DNA of 64,000 bases from Chloroflexota bacterium (GTDB taxonomy: Bacteria > Chloroflexota > Anaerolineae > B4-G1 > SLSP01): NCBI GenBank assembly GCA_029555965.1, contig JAKQHY010000129.1, positions 1,375 through 65,374 of the forward strand, given 5' to 3'. Positions 1 to 10,465 of the stretch are shown in pieces. Under the pieces are notes generated by a model. It made no database searches and had not been told where the DNA came from. It was given only the letters and a program-made list of their open reading frames with translations. Within the stretch, counting starts at the first letter, position 1, and every line of letters begins with the position of its first letter. Made by a program: the position numbers and the translations under genes.

Positions 1-59
1 TCGTATTCGAGCAACAAAGCGTCGAATTGAACACGGAACGCGGCTGCCAATTCCTTCAC
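1..59 (-). CDS. 5' end of a further gene of the array, running off the left edge (MKELAAAFRVQFDALLLEY...)
   Basis: GTG at 57-59, 1 nt after the TGA of 61..2043, with GGAGG about 9 nt upstream. The frame is open to the edge. Only 19 codons are visible. Confidence 0.4.
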   Translation of the reverse strand, partial: MKELAAAFRVQFDALLLEY

Positions 60-60
60 G

Positions 61-2043
61 TCACTGGCCTCCCTCTATAGGAGCTGCGCCCTCCGACGCC
101 GCTCCGTTTTCGTGATCATCCACCGTCTGGTCGGCGGCGCTCCCCGACAATTGCTCCGCGCTCCCCAGCCGCACAAAGGTAGGACGGCCCAACACATTGC
201 CCACCTCGCGCAGCAAGGTGCTCAAGACGGTTTCCGGGTCGCTGGAGCTGCGCACGCGGGCCGTTACCTCGCGCAAAACCCGCTCGCGGGCCGCCCGGCG
301 CTGGGTGTCCTGATACAAGCGCGCGCGGTCTATTGTGGCGTTCAATTGTTCGGTCAACGCATTTAACAACGTCGTTTCCTGCGCCGTCCACGCCCCGCCA
401 TCGGAGGGTTTGCGTCCCTCCACGACTCCAATGATCTGGCCGCCCACCCGGATGGGAATAGCCAGGCGGGTTCCCTCACTTTCATCCACCATCGGCATAG
501 CGGCAGATACAGCCTTAACCATCTCCGGCAACCATACATCCGCCGCCGGGAAAACACCTTGCGAGGTACTGCGATAGGCCAGGTCCGGTCGCGCAGCCAG
601 CAATTTCTGCCAGGCCTCCGATTCCAATTCGCCGCGCAACCGGCGCTCTGCTTCTGCGCTTTCTTGCGTTTGCCGGAACAGGGTCGCATTGCTGATCGCC
701 ACCGCAACCTGATCCGCGAGCGACTGTAAGATAGCCACGTCTTCGGTTTTGAAGGCTTCTGACACGCGGCTCTGCACGTCCAGGGCGCCAATGAGGCGCG
801 TCTGCAACCGCAACGGGAATACCACCTGGGAGCGAGTTTCCGGCAGGTCAGGGTTATCGAACTGGACAGCGTTCACGCCCACATCGCGGAACACGCGATA
901 CTCCCCTTGTGCGAGCACTTGCGCCACACGTTCCGGCGCATTCAACCGCACGCGATAGCCGCGCGCCCGCTGCTGCCGCCCGCCCTCACTCGATACGGCG
1001 CGCAACTCAAGCCACTCGCGCTCAATATCTACCAGAAACAGTCCCACATGGTAAAAATCAAACTCCTCCGCAATTGAAGTCACTACATGGTCCAAGAGTA
1101 TTTCAATATCCAGAACCGCGGCCGCCTCACGCGCCACCCGCGAGGTAGTTTCCAGATAGCGCGCGCGCCGTTCCAGGCTCTCCGTGCGTTCCAGCACCTG
1201 CTGCTCCAGGGTTTGCACCAACGTCTGCGCCCGGGTGGTCATCGTAGACAACGCCCGGCTGAGGTCGCCGATTTCGTCCCGGCGAGACAGAGGTTTCACG
1301 GCCCCCCATTCGCCTTGAATCACCCGCTCGGCGTTGCGCGCCATCATCTGAAGGGGGCGCGTCAGCCAGAAGCCCAGGACCACCGCCAGTCCCACACTGC
1401 CCACACCCGTCACCAGAGCCACGGTCAGGAAGCGTTGGCGGGTAAGCCGGGCCACTGAGGAGAGTTCGTCACGCAATTGTTGGGTCGGCTGGGTGAATTC
1501 GTCCATGTAGGTCGTTGCCACAGCGATCAAGGGTGTATCTTCAATCGGCAACAGCACGGCGTACTTAGCGCGCACAGTGCCATCCAATTCAATCCAATCA
1601 TAGTACCCCTCAGAGCTAGCCCCACCCAGGGCGCCCGAAAAGACGGCCCAAAATTCCGGCAACTTGTCCGCCAAAAGGGATAAATCCTCCCCTGCCCTCT
1701 GAGGGTTGACATGAAGGCGAGTATATCCCTGGTTGTCAATCAGGCCGGTATAACCAGTTTTGCCCACGGGCTGCACCGCGATACTGGCTAATTCCGTATT
1801 GCGCTGTAAGGCATCCATATCAAAAGGGTCTACCTCCGGGTGCCGCCCCAGGTACGCCTGTACCTGCTGTTTGATGGTCAGTGCCTCATCGTAAATGACG
1901 GATTTGCCAATCTCTTCCAGCGCCGCCGCGCCACTGGCGACTGCCAGAGTCTCCATAAAGCGGGTCGTCCAAAAGGAGGCTATCAGGAGTGGCAGCATCC
2001 CGACCAACGCAATGATCACGATCAAACGCACGCGAATGCTCAT
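61..2043 (-). CDS. Membrane sensor: TM-Cache-like-TM-HAMP-S-helix-GAF-split-GAF module, no catalytic domain (array member 1)
   Basis: Two hydrophobic segments; HAMP (RPLQMMARNAERVIQG...DEIGDLSRAL); LEQQVLERT S-helix; GAF (FYHVGLFL...NPDLPETRSQVVFPL...GALDVQS); tail RAARERVLREVTARVRSSSDPETVL. ATG overlaps the upstream TAG. Confidence 0.9.
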   Translation of the reverse strand: MSIRVRLIVIIALVGMLPLLIASFWTTRFMETLAVASGAAALEEIGKSVIYDEALTIKQQVQAYLGRHPEVDPFDMDALQRNTELASIAVQPVGKTGYTGLIDNQGYTRLHVNPQRAGEDLSLLADKLPEFWAVFSGALGGASSEGYYDWIELDGTVRAKYAVLLPIEDTPLIAVATTYMDEFTQPTQQLRDELSSVARLTRQRFLTVALVTGVGSVGLAVVLGFWLTRPLQMMARNAERVIQGEWGAVKPLSRRDEIGDLSRALSTMTTRAQTLVQTLEQQVLERTESLERRARYLETTSRVAREAAAVLDIEILLDHVVTSIAEEFDFYHVGLFLVDIEREWLELRAVSSEGGRQQRARGYRVRLNAPERVAQVLAQGEYRVFRDVGVNAVQFDNPDLPETRSQVVFPLRLQTRLIGALDVQSRVSEAFKTEDVAILQSLADQVAVAISNATLFRQTQESAEAERRLRGELESEAWQKLLAARPDLAYRSTSQGVFPAADVWLPEMVKAVSAAMPMVDESEGTRLAIPIRVGGQIIGVVEGRKPSDGGAWTAQETTLLNALTEQLNATIDRARLYQDTQRRAARERVLREVTARVRSSSDPETVLSTLLREVGNVLGRPTFVRLGSAEQLSGSAADQTVDDHENGAASEGAAPIEGGQ

Positions 2044-4283
2044 AGCCCCTCGCCTTCCTGGATAGCTTTCGAAGTTGGCGCCGCCGCACTGACGCGCTGC
2101 GCGACCATTTCTGGGGTAGCCAGACGCACGACCAATTCCTCAAGGTTGAGGACGCGCCGCATTTCTGCGGCGGCCACCTGTAACACGCCGGTCAATTCGA
2201 CCGGCTCGCGCAGGCGCCCGGTGGTTTCCGCAATGGTGCGCTCGCGCGCTGCATTCAGTTGCGTTTCTTCATACAGGCGCGCCCTTTCCAAAGCCTGCGC
2301 CAGTTGACCAGAAATAGCCTCCAACAAGGCGATCTGATCCGGCGCCCACTGCGACGTGCCTTCCGGGAGGTCGGCGCTCAGCACGGCAATCGTCTGATCG
2401 CGCACCCGAATCGGCACGGTCAAGGATGGCGTTATGCCTTCCTCAGTTTTTTCAATAACCGTCTGTTCGAGCTGAACGGCGCGCCGCATCTCCGGCGCCC
2501 ACACATCCTCTATCGGTCGCAGAAGTGCGCCTTCTTTGACAAAACCGAGAACCGATTGGCTACGCAAAAATGCCAACCAGGCTTCCCGGCTCGCATCGCC
2601 ATACGCCCGGCGCTCGGCCTCTAACGCCTGCTGGGTCTGTCCGAAAAGGTGCGCGGTGTGAATCGCCATAGCGACTTGATCGGCCAGGGTTTGCAAGACT
2701 TCCACATCCTCGTCACTGAATGCCTCCGCGAGCACACTCTGCACATCCAACACACCGATGACCGCATCATGCACGCGCAGCGGTAGGGCCATTTCCGAAC
2801 GGGTTTGCGGTAAATCAGGATTATTGAAAAAATGGCGATCCGCGCCGACATCCAGCGCAATCTGCGACTGGCCCAGTTCGGCAACATAGCCCACGAGACC
2901 CTGCTCGCCAACGCGCAAGCGGTGGCCGCGCGCCAACATACGCTGCCCGCCCTCACTCGAGGCCGCGCGTAACACAGCCCATTCTCCTGGAGAATCCAAC
3001 AAAAAGATGCCAGCGTGGTAGAAGTCGAATTTCTCGCTGATCAGGCGCACAACCCGCGACAACAATTGTTCCACGTCCAACTCCGAGGCCGCGTCGCGGG
3101 CAACCGCTGCGGTCGCCTCCAAATAGCGCGCCCGACGATCCAACTCTTGCGCGCGTTCACCCGCGCGCACAAACGCCTCGCGCAGGTTCGCCGTCATCTG
3201 GTTGAAAGCGTGCGCCAACTCCCCCAACTCGTTCTGGCTGGACTCTGGCACGACGCGCTCAAAATCACCGGAAGCCACAGCGATAGCAGCTTTCGTCATT
3301 ATCTCTACCGGATGCATAATGCGTGACATCTGCCAGGCGAAGCCCCAGCCCCCTATGACCAGAGTGGCGACCGTTAGCAGCAGATTGAACGCCAAACGCA
3401 GCAAGGGTTCGCGAATCAATGCCGTGCGGTCGAAGACAATATCTGCAATGCCGATGATCTGACCAGAATAATCCGTCAACGGCGTGCTCAACACGGTATA
3501 GCTGCGACCAGCAACACGCTGATGCCACAGGACCGGCATACCGCCCAGCACGCGCTGATAACGCTCTTCGTCTGCAAAGAAAGGGTTTTCCAGCGTACTA
3601 TCCTGCAAAATCAAATCCTGAGTTGGGCGCATCACACTAACTGACTGATCTTCAAAGCGCGCAATTTCTGCAATCTCCCGTCGCAAGATAATCTGCCAAT
3701 CACCACCAGTTCGGGACTGGATATCGGCCAACCATTTCGCGCCCATATCCAGACCAAATTCGACGGAGCCAATAGGATAGCCCCGATAAAACATCGGCAC
3801 TACCCCGCGGAGTCCCAAACCGGTGCGCCCAATTTCCAAGCCGCTCACCGGACGCCGATTGGTATTGGCCGCCACCACCGTATGACGAAAACTTGAGAGG
3901 TCGTCGCCATATTGTGTAGGTTGATTCACTCGCAGAAAGGAAGTCGCCGGCGCCAGGTGAAATTGGAATTGGGACACGTCGAAAGCGGTATGGAGGTTCA
4001 CATAGGAGACCTGTAACAATTCCAGCAGTTGTTGACGGTCGCGCGCGGCAAACAATTCCTGAACCCGTGGGTTGTAGGCCACTTCGGTCGCCAAAGCCAA
4101 AACCACCGTCCGGCGCGATTCCAAACTATCCTGCATCCCGCGTTCAAAGCGCTCCAGCGCCTGGCGCTCCTGGTCAGACAGGGTACGCAAGCTGGTGAAG
4201 ATATCAATCAGCGTCAACAGCAACAGCAGCACGCCCAACCACGTCAGGATGCTTCTCAGCAATTTTCGCGTAATGGTCATCAT
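2040..4283 (-). CDS. Membrane sensor with dCache_3-like domain, HAMP, GAF, split-GAF module (member 2)
   Basis: SFLRVNQPTQYGDDLSSFRHTVV...GLEIGRTGLGLRGVVP resembles dCache_3 domains of chemoreceptors. HAMP, GAF and tail are present; GGAGG SD. Confidence 0.9.
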   Translation of the reverse strand: MMTITRKLLRSILTWLGVLLLLLTLIDIFTSLRTLSDQERQALERFERGMQDSLESRRTVVLALATEVAYNPRVQELFAARDRQQLLELLQVSYVNLHTAFDVSQFQFHLAPATSFLRVNQPTQYGDDLSSFRHTVVAANTNRRPVSGLEIGRTGLGLRGVVPMFYRGYPIGSVEFGLDMGAKWLADIQSRTGGDWQIILRREIAEIARFEDQSVSVMRPTQDLILQDSTLENPFFADEERYQRVLGGMPVLWHQRVAGRSYTVLSTPLTDYSGQIIGIADIVFDRTALIREPLLRLAFNLLLTVATLVIGGWGFAWQMSRIMHPVEIMTKAAIAVASGDFERVVPESSQNELGELAHAFNQMTANLREAFVRAGERAQELDRRARYLEATAAVARDAASELDVEQLLSRVVRLISEKFDFYHAGIFLLDSPGEWAVLRAASSEGGQRMLARGHRLRVGEQGLVGYVAELGQSQIALDVGADRHFFNNPDLPQTRSEMALPLRVHDAVIGVLDVQSVLAEAFSDEDVEVLQTLADQVAMAIHTAHLFGQTQQALEAERRAYGDASREAWLAFLRSQSVLGFVKEGALLRPIEDVWAPEMRRAVQLEQTVIEKTEEGITPSLTVPIRVRDQTIAVLSADLPEGTSQWAPDQIALLEAISGQLAQALERARLYEETQLNAARERTIAETTGRLREPVELTGVLQVAAAEMRRVLNLEELVVRLATPEMVAQRVSAAAPTSKAIQEGEGL

Positions 4284-4325
4284 CGCTTCCTCCGGCCTCG
4301 GCCCGGTGATTGCCCGCGCCGCACG

Positions 4326-6515
4326 TTAGCCGCGACCACGCTGCGCCCCGGCAGCCTCTTCATCACTAAGCGCGGCATCCGCCGCCACCATACGGATCAG
4401 GACCCGCTGCAATCCTAGCGCCTGCTGGATTTCCGTTACTGCCGTTTTGAGAACATTTTCCATATCCAATTCCTCGCGCACGCGCCCGGCGATTTGACCG
4501 AGCAGGCGCTCGCGGGCGGCCGCCCGCTGCGTTTCATCAATCAAGCGTTGGTTCTCCGCCGCCAACAGCAATTGTTCCGAGAGCGATTCGATCAAAGCGA
4601 CATCCTCATTGCCCCATCCCGGCTTGTCGAAGGGCTGTTCAAACCCCAAGACTCCAACAATCTGGTCCCCCTGTGCCACGGGGATAACCAACCGGTCTTT
4701 TTGCACCACGGCCTGCTGGTATTGCAACACAGGCTGCGCCTCCGGCACCAGCGACTCCGTGAGGGGTGTCAAACCGGTCGGGCCATATTCATAACCGCGC
4801 ACCGGCCGCGTCTGAATGTATTGTCCCCAAGCCTCGCCCTGATAGCGGCGTTGCGCTGCGTACAGGCGATCCAACGTTGATTGGACCTCGGCAAAGAGGC
4901 GCGCATTCTGCACGGCCACCGCCACCTGATCGGCCATATTCTGCAAGAGCGCAATGTAGGTGCTGTCAAAGGCAGACTCTACCACGCTCTGCACCGTCAT
5001 GGCGCCAATGACCACCGTTCCATAACGCAGCGGCAACGCCAGTTCCGAACGAGTATCTGGCAGGTAAGGATTCTCCAAACGTCCCACACCGTCGCCTTCT
5101 GTCTGACGCACACCGACTTCGCCATTAGCGACACATTGCCCAATCATCGAGTCTCCACCAACCGCCAAACGCCAGCCCTCCGCCATCATCTGCCGTCCGG
5201 CGTCTCCGGTTCCGGCGCTCAAAAGAGCATATTCCCGCGCCTCATCCACCAAGAACAAACCCACATAATACAGGTCAAAGCGATCCCGCACCAAATTCAC
5301 CACTTGCGGCAGCAACTGCGTGAGGTTGAGCAGTGAGGTGGTCGCGCGCGACACTTCAGCCACCGTCTCCAACCCTCGCGTGCGTTCCTCCACGCGCTGT
5401 TCCAAACTACTAATGAGTTCGCGCAGTTGCCGGGTCATTTGATTAAAGGCCAGCGCCAATTGCCCCAATTCATCGGTGCGGCTGCTCTGGACGTTCAAGT
5501 GATAGTCGCCGGCGGCAACTCGCGTGGTGGTCATAACCAATTCCTCTAAAGGCTGTGAAAGGGTGCGCGCAAAGATCAATGCCCCGCCGCCGGCCAACGC
5601 AATCGCCACAACAGCCACGGCAATATTGATGAGTCCGGTAGCCTGCGCACCGCGCAGCACCTCTGCCTGATCCATTTCAGCGATGAGCGCCACCTGCAAC
5701 GCCGGCAGCCACCGGTAGACGCCAAACGCCATAGCCCCACTATAGTTCTGGTAGACGGCCATACCGCTTTGTTGTATAGACACGACATGATCGATCCCCT
5801 CGCTATGAACATAGGTGTTGGGGGTAGCATGTAGCGCCTGGGTTAAGAGTAGATAACGGGGCGTCACCAAGTAGGTTTCGCCAAATTCGCCCAGAATATC
5901 CCGGCGCGCCAGGATATCATTTAACTGGGTCAAGTTTGCCCGACCCACCAACACGCCCACCAGATTATCCAGTTGATCAAAAGCCGGCCGGGCGACAAAT
6001 ACAGCCAGGCGGCCCTGGGTTACGTCATAGTAGGGAGGCTGCACATAAAAACCCTCTTGCCCATACGCGAAATAACGCTCATGGCCAAGGAACTTACGTT
6101 CTTGCACGCGGTCAGTGGAAACGACTACCTCTCCATCCAAATTAAGGACAAATACCTCATCGAAACGTTGTGTGCGCGCCACCATTTTCTGGAAATTCCC
6201 CCGCAGGTAGTCCTGGGCATATTGGGGATTCAACAAGGCGCTCTGGGAGGTCGCCGCCGCCACGCTGTCCAATTCATACGTCGAAGTCAACAGCGTATCC
6301 AGGTCCATCTGCAAGCCATACAACCATGACTCAATGGCGAGGGTTTGCAGATCGGCCACTGAGGTTAGCCGATCAAACGCTTGCTGGCGCGCGTAACGAA
6401 AATTAACCCACACGGAGACACTCGAAGTCACCGACACGGCAAAGAGCGTGATAAACGTAAATGCCATCAATAATTGTGTGCGAAGGGTAACTTTGCGTTT
6501 TTTAGACATGCTCAT
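4326..6515 (-). CDS. Membrane sensor with dCache_1, HAMP, GAF, split-GAF module (member 3)
   Basis: ERYFAYG...QPPYYD...VGVLVGR dCache pattern; HAMP DELGQLALAFNQM; LEQRVEERT; GAF YYVGLFL...AGTG; tail. Confidence 0.9.
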   Translation of the reverse strand: MSMSKKRKVTLRTQLLMAFTFITLFAVSVTSSVSVWVNFRYARQQAFDRLTSVADLQTLAIESWLYGLQMDLDTLLTSTYELDSVAAATSQSALLNPQYAQDYLRGNFQKMVARTQRFDEVFVLNLDGEVVVSTDRVQERKFLGHERYFAYGQEGFYVQPPYYDVTQGRLAVFVARPAFDQLDNLVGVLVGRANLTQLNDILARRDILGEFGETYLVTPRYLLLTQALHATPNTYVHSEGIDHVVSIQQSGMAVYQNYSGAMAFGVYRWLPALQVALIAEMDQAEVLRGAQATGLINIAVAVVAIALAGGGALIFARTLSQPLEELVMTTTRVAAGDYHLNVQSSRTDELGQLALAFNQMTRQLRELISSLEQRVEERTRGLETVAEVSRATTSLLNLTQLLPQVVNLVRDRFDLYYVGLFLVDEAREYALLSAGTGDAGRQMMAEGWRLAVGGDSMIGQCVANGEVGVRQTEGDGVGRLENPYLPDTRSELALPLRYGTVVIGAMTVQSVVESAFDSTYIALLQNMADQVAVAVQNARLFAEVQSTLDRLYAAQRRYQGEAWGQYIQTRPVRGYEYGPTGLTPLTESLVPEAQPVLQYQQAVVQKDRLVIPVAQGDQIVGVLGFEQPFDKPGWGNEDVALIESLSEQLLLAAENQRLIDETQRAAARERLLGQIAGRVREELDMENVLKTAVTEIQQALGLQRVLIRMVAADAALSDEEAAGAQRGRG

Positions 6516-6597
6516 CGTCGTTTTCCCAAATAGCCTGGATGGTGCAGCCCCCCGACGCGATAGACGCCGCTGGGGACAGTCCTCGAATGGCTCAAAC

Positions 6598-7566
6598 TCA
6601 TTGCGTATAAATAAAGTGATTCGTATACAGCGATTCCAACGTCACTGAAGAAGTCAACCAACCTTGAGAACGCAGGGCTTCCTGTGTGCTATGCCAGACA
6701 TTGTCTGCCATCATCCCGGGCAAGGTATCCCCGACATCTATGTACGGGATGGTGGCCGCCCAGGAAGCCTGCTGCAAGGCGGTATCCAATGTGGCATCAT
6801 GCGCCAGGGTCAGTTGAACCGCTTCTTCAGGATGCTCAACGGCATAGCGATAGCCTCGTAACGTTGCCCGCACCATCGCTTCTACCAATGCCGGTTGTTC
6901 GGCAATCAAAGCCGCGCGCGTCACCAGTACGTTCGGATACGCCAGGGCGCCGTAGTCGCTCATGTAGATCAGATTGACGTCCTGACCGGTTTGCCGGACC
7001 GCGACCGCTTCGCGGGTAGCCCAGGCGTAGGCCAGCGCGTCCACCTCGCCGGACAGCAAGGCGTCAATCCCCCCAGCGGTTGGCGTCAAAGTCACTTGTT
7101 GCCCACTCAACGCAGTGCGCGTCAACACCACACTCAGCAGGATGTCCGCCTCGGTATGCAAGTCCGCCGACTGCACCCCAATCTGCGTGCGCGGCAAATA
7201 GATAGGGCGAGTCAACCGGGCCGCAGCCAGGGACATGATCGCCTGGGGATTGCGCCGCATAATGGCAGCGACCGCCATCAAGGGTTGGCGCTGACTGCGC
7301 GCCTGCACCAGCCGGATACCCGAACTTACGGCAAAATCCGTCGTTCCTTCAGCAACGCCGGCCAAAGGGGCGTCCTCCCGCACCAGCAACGAAACATCCA
7401 GTCCCTCCGCTGCATAGTATCCCTGCGTCTGCGCCGCATAAAACCCACTCCATAGCACCGAATGAGCCGCATCCAACTGCACCACAACTTTTTGACGCGG
7501 CGGCGGGGGCGTGGTGCATGACAGCAAGCTCACCACCAACAACAGCAACACTGTATTCCTAAACAT
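6598..7566 (-). CDS. NMT1/THI5 (SsuA-like) family substrate-binding lipoprotein
   Basis: Start re-assigned to ATG 7566 (MFRNTVLLLLVVSLLSC, lipobox LLSC). Motifs GFYAAQTQGYYAAEGLDV and EALVEAMVRATLRGYRYAVEHPEEA are typical of the family. Confidence 0.8.
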   Translation of the reverse strand: MFRNTVLLLLVVSLLSCTTPPPPRQKVVVQLDAAHSVLWSGFYAAQTQGYYAAEGLDVSLLVREDAPLAGVAEGTTDFAVSSGIRLVQARSQRQPLMAVAAIMRRNPQAIMSLAAARLTRPIYLPRTQIGVQSADLHTEADILLSVVLTRTALSGQQVTLTPTAGGIDALLSGEVDALAYAWATREAVAVRQTGQDVNLIYMSDYGALAYPNVLVTRAALIAEQPALVEAMVRATLRGYRYAVEHPEEAVQLTLAHDATLDTALQQASWAATIPYIDVGDTLPGMMADNVWHSTQEALRSQGWLTSSVTLESLYTNHFIYTQ

Positions 7567-10465
7567 CGCGCGCCTCTTCGCGCAGCGTCCCTGCGCCGGA
7601 GCCGACCGTATCCACGGCAGTCCACTGAACAAAGGCGCGTGAGGCGCTGAGCACGGACCGCATTTCTTGCACCGCCACCTGCATCAACTCTTCCCAGTTC
7701 AACGTGCGGCGCATTTCGTCCGTGATTTCCCGCGTCAATTGCTCACGCACCGCGCGGCGCTGAGTCTCCTGGTAAAGCCGCGCGCGCTCCAATGTTTGTC
7801 CCAACTGATCGGACAGGGTTTCCAAGAGAGCGGTCTCTTCATTGGACCAAAAGGCGCCAGCCTCTGCTTTTTCAAAACGCAGCACGCCGATCACTTCGTT
7901 GCCAGAACGAATGGGAATCGCCAGCACGCTGCCGGTCTCGGTGGCGCGTAGGGCATACTGACCCGTGCGCTGGGCCTGACGCATCTCGCTATCCCAGGCG
8001 TCGGATACTGGGGTCAACGCGGCGTCGCCCCCGGTTTCCTGCGGTGCGCAGCGATACCCCAGTCCCACACGCGCGCGCGTCAACTCGGCCCAGGCCTCGC
8101 GCGCCCGCGCACCGTAGGCGCGCCGTTCTGCCGCCAACGCCTCCTGCGCTTCCGCGAACAAGCGCGCATTGTCAATTGCCATCGCAACCAAGTCGGCCAC
8201 GGTCTGCAACACAGTGACGGTATCCGCATCAAAGACATCCACCTGGGCGCTTTGCACACTCAACGCCCCCAACACCTGGCCGCGAGAAATCAACGGCAGA
8301 GCCGCCTCCGATTGGGTGTCCGGTAATTCGGAGGCTGCCAGCCAAACAAAGTCGGATTCGGTATGGGAAGCAACCCGCGCCGCCGCGTTGACGATACACC
8401 AGCCGATCATGCCCTCCCCCAATCGGATACGGTAGTTGCGCGCCAACATTGCCCGCCCGCCAGCGCCAGTGCCTGCCTGGAGGACCGCCCACTCTCCAAC
8501 CGCATCCACCAAGAAAAGGCCGACATAATACAGGTCAAAGCGCTCCCGAATCAAATCTGTCACCTGGCGCAGGAGTTGTTCAGAGTCCAGTATCGAGGCC
8601 ACCGCCCGGCCCACCTCCGCCGACGCCGCCAAGTAGCCGGAATGGCGCTCCAGATCGTGGGTGCGGGCGGCCACGCGCTGTTCCAACGCAGCCATGGTTT
8701 CGCGCATTTGCGCCGTCATCTGGTTGAAGGTGTGCGCGAGTTCTCCCAGCTCATCCTCTGCCTCCACTGACGCCACGCCATACAAGTCGCCATGCACGAT
8801 GGCGCGCGCGGCATCGGTCAAGGTCACTACCGGTTTCAAGCTCTGGCGGATGGTAAAGAAAGTCAATACGGATACTATCACGCTGGCCGAGACGACAATG
8901 AGCAACGTCAGGCCCCCTAACCGCCGTAACGGCGAGTGCAGGGTAGTCGTAGTCTGTCGGGTCACAACCCCCCAACCGTTAGGCAGCAGCGTCAAATGAC
9001 TCACCCATGCCACGGATTGTTCGTCAGTGAATTCAAAGACGCCGGCAACATGGTTGCGCAATGCGACAATGGGGGCGGTGCCGCTAAGATCGCGCAATGC
9101 AGCGGTATACGTCGGGTCAGAGTGAACAACCACCAGATTCTGATCGTCTACCACGTAGGCCTGCGCCACCCGCGACAGATCAGGCAGGCGCAACGATTCC
9201 GCCAGAACGGAAAGATCCATTGCGAACATAGCCACGCCAATGACCTGTCCGGCGGGTTCCCGGATGGGTACGGCCACCGCCAGAGCCGGCTGCCCGCTCA
9301 CGCGGTAAAATACCTGCGAGGTGGCCGGCGCCCCCTCGCGCGCCGCAATGAACCACTGCCGATCGCCAAACATTTGAGCCGCTTGCCCATCACTGCGCGC
9401 GATGGTATATCCCTGGATGTCCAGTGTACAAATCAGATCCATGGCCGGATAAATCTCTTGTAAAGATTCCAGCAGAGGACGCTGTTTTTGCGCGTCCATC
9501 GCCACGATTTGAGGCTGTGTCGCCAACTGTTGCAGGAACTTCACATGATCGTCCAGCCACAGGGTTATGTTGGCCGACAGAGTGCGATTATTGGCAGCCA
9601 ATTCGGCTGCCGCGCTTTGAAGTATCGCGGCGCGAGCCTGCAAGTTGACAAAAACCAATCCCGCACACAACATCGGCACCGCCGATGCCAGGATCAGCGT
9701 TGTCAGGCGGATTTGCAGCGGACCGCGCTGTAAGCGGCGCTCCGAGATCATTTGTTGAAGGGCCACATAGGCATACAAGAAAGCAAACAAAGCGTTGCTC
9801 AAGGCGATAGAAAGCATCGGGGCAATAGGGGCCAGCAATAAGAACCATAACGCAGAGATCGTCAACTGCCCTCCCAACAGAAATTGCGCCAAACGGCGGC
9901 GCGGCGGAGCAAGGGTTTTCTCAACAAACACCAAGTACACCTGTATCACCAGGGTCAAAAAGACAATCCCATAACCATATACGGGGCGGAAGTAGGGGTA
10001 CAATACGCCACGCAAGTAAGCTGCGCTATCCACGTACCCGCCTTGATAGATTTGTGGGTCCAGTCCGGTATACCACAAACCCAGATTCCCAACCCAATCC
10101 AGCAATGTCAGAACCATCGGTAGACCGACCAAGGCGTAGAGCAGTCGCCAGAGCCAACGCCATCGGCCCCGTAACCAATCCGGCCGCAATAACACCACGG
10201 TCAACAATGCCATGCCGACTTTGATACTTTCCGTGGTCAGTGACAGTAACAGGGTCGCTACGCCAGCCTGACTCACTCCGGTGGCTTGCACCAGCAGCCC
10301 ATATCCTAGACTGTTCAACGCAAACAGGAGCAACAAACCGCTCAGATGCCGATTGTCCGTGTGCCACGGGTTGAACAACAGCACGTAAAGCGCCATGATC
10401 AGTTCCAGCAAGGCTAAAAACCACCCAATGCCTTGCAATATATCATTCGCCAGCCCCAGACTCAC
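7559..10465 (-). CDS. Sensor with 7-TM (HisKA_7TM-like) domain plus dCache_1, HAMP, GAF, split-GAF module (member 4)
   Basis: About 9 hydrophobic segments; N-terminal LALLELIMALYVLLFNPWHTDNRHLS; dCache DRQWF; HAMP; GAF; tail. GTG overlaps the TGA of the upstream gene. Confidence 0.88.
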   Translation of the reverse strand: MSLGLANDILQGIGWFLALLELIMALYVLLFNPWHTDNRHLSGLLLLFALNSLGYGLLVQATGVSQAGVATLLLSLTTESIKVGMALLTVVLLRPDWLRGRWRWLWRLLYALVGLPMVLTLLDWVGNLGLWYTGLDPQIYQGGYVDSAAYLRGVLYPYFRPVYGYGIVFLTLVIQVYLVFVEKTLAPPRRRLAQFLLGGQLTISALWFLLLAPIAPMLSIALSNALFAFLYAYVALQQMISERRLQRGPLQIRLTTLILASAVPMLCAGLVFVNLQARAAILQSAAAELAANNRTLSANITLWLDDHVKFLQQLATQPQIVAMDAQKQRPLLESLQEIYPAMDLICTLDIQGYTIARSDGQAAQMFGDRQWFIAAREGAPATSQVFYRVSGQPALAVAVPIREPAGQVIGVAMFAMDLSVLAESLRLPDLSRVAQAYVVDDQNLVVVHSDPTYTAALRDLSGTAPIVALRNHVAGVFEFTDEQSVAWVSHLTLLPNGWGVVTRQTTTTLHSPLRRLGGLTLLIVVSASVIVSVLTFFTIRQSLKPVVTLTDAARAIVHGDLYGVASVEAEDELGELAHTFNQMTAQMRETMAALEQRVAARTHDLERHSGYLAASAEVGRAVASILDSEQLLRQVTDLIRERFDLYYVGLFLVDAVGEWAVLQAGTGAGGRAMLARNYRIRLGEGMIGWCIVNAAARVASHTESDFVWLAASELPDTQSEAALPLISRGQVLGALSVQSAQVDVFDADTVTVLQTVADLVAMAIDNARLFAEAQEALAAERRAYGARAREAWAELTRARVGLGYRCAPQETGGDAALTPVSDAWDSEMRQAQRTGQYALRATETGSVLAIPIRSGNEVIGVLRFEKAEAGAFWSNEETALLETLSDQLGQTLERARLYQETQRRAVREQLTREITDEMRRTLNWEELMQVAVQEMRSVLSASRAFVQWTAVDTVGSGAGTLREEARDV

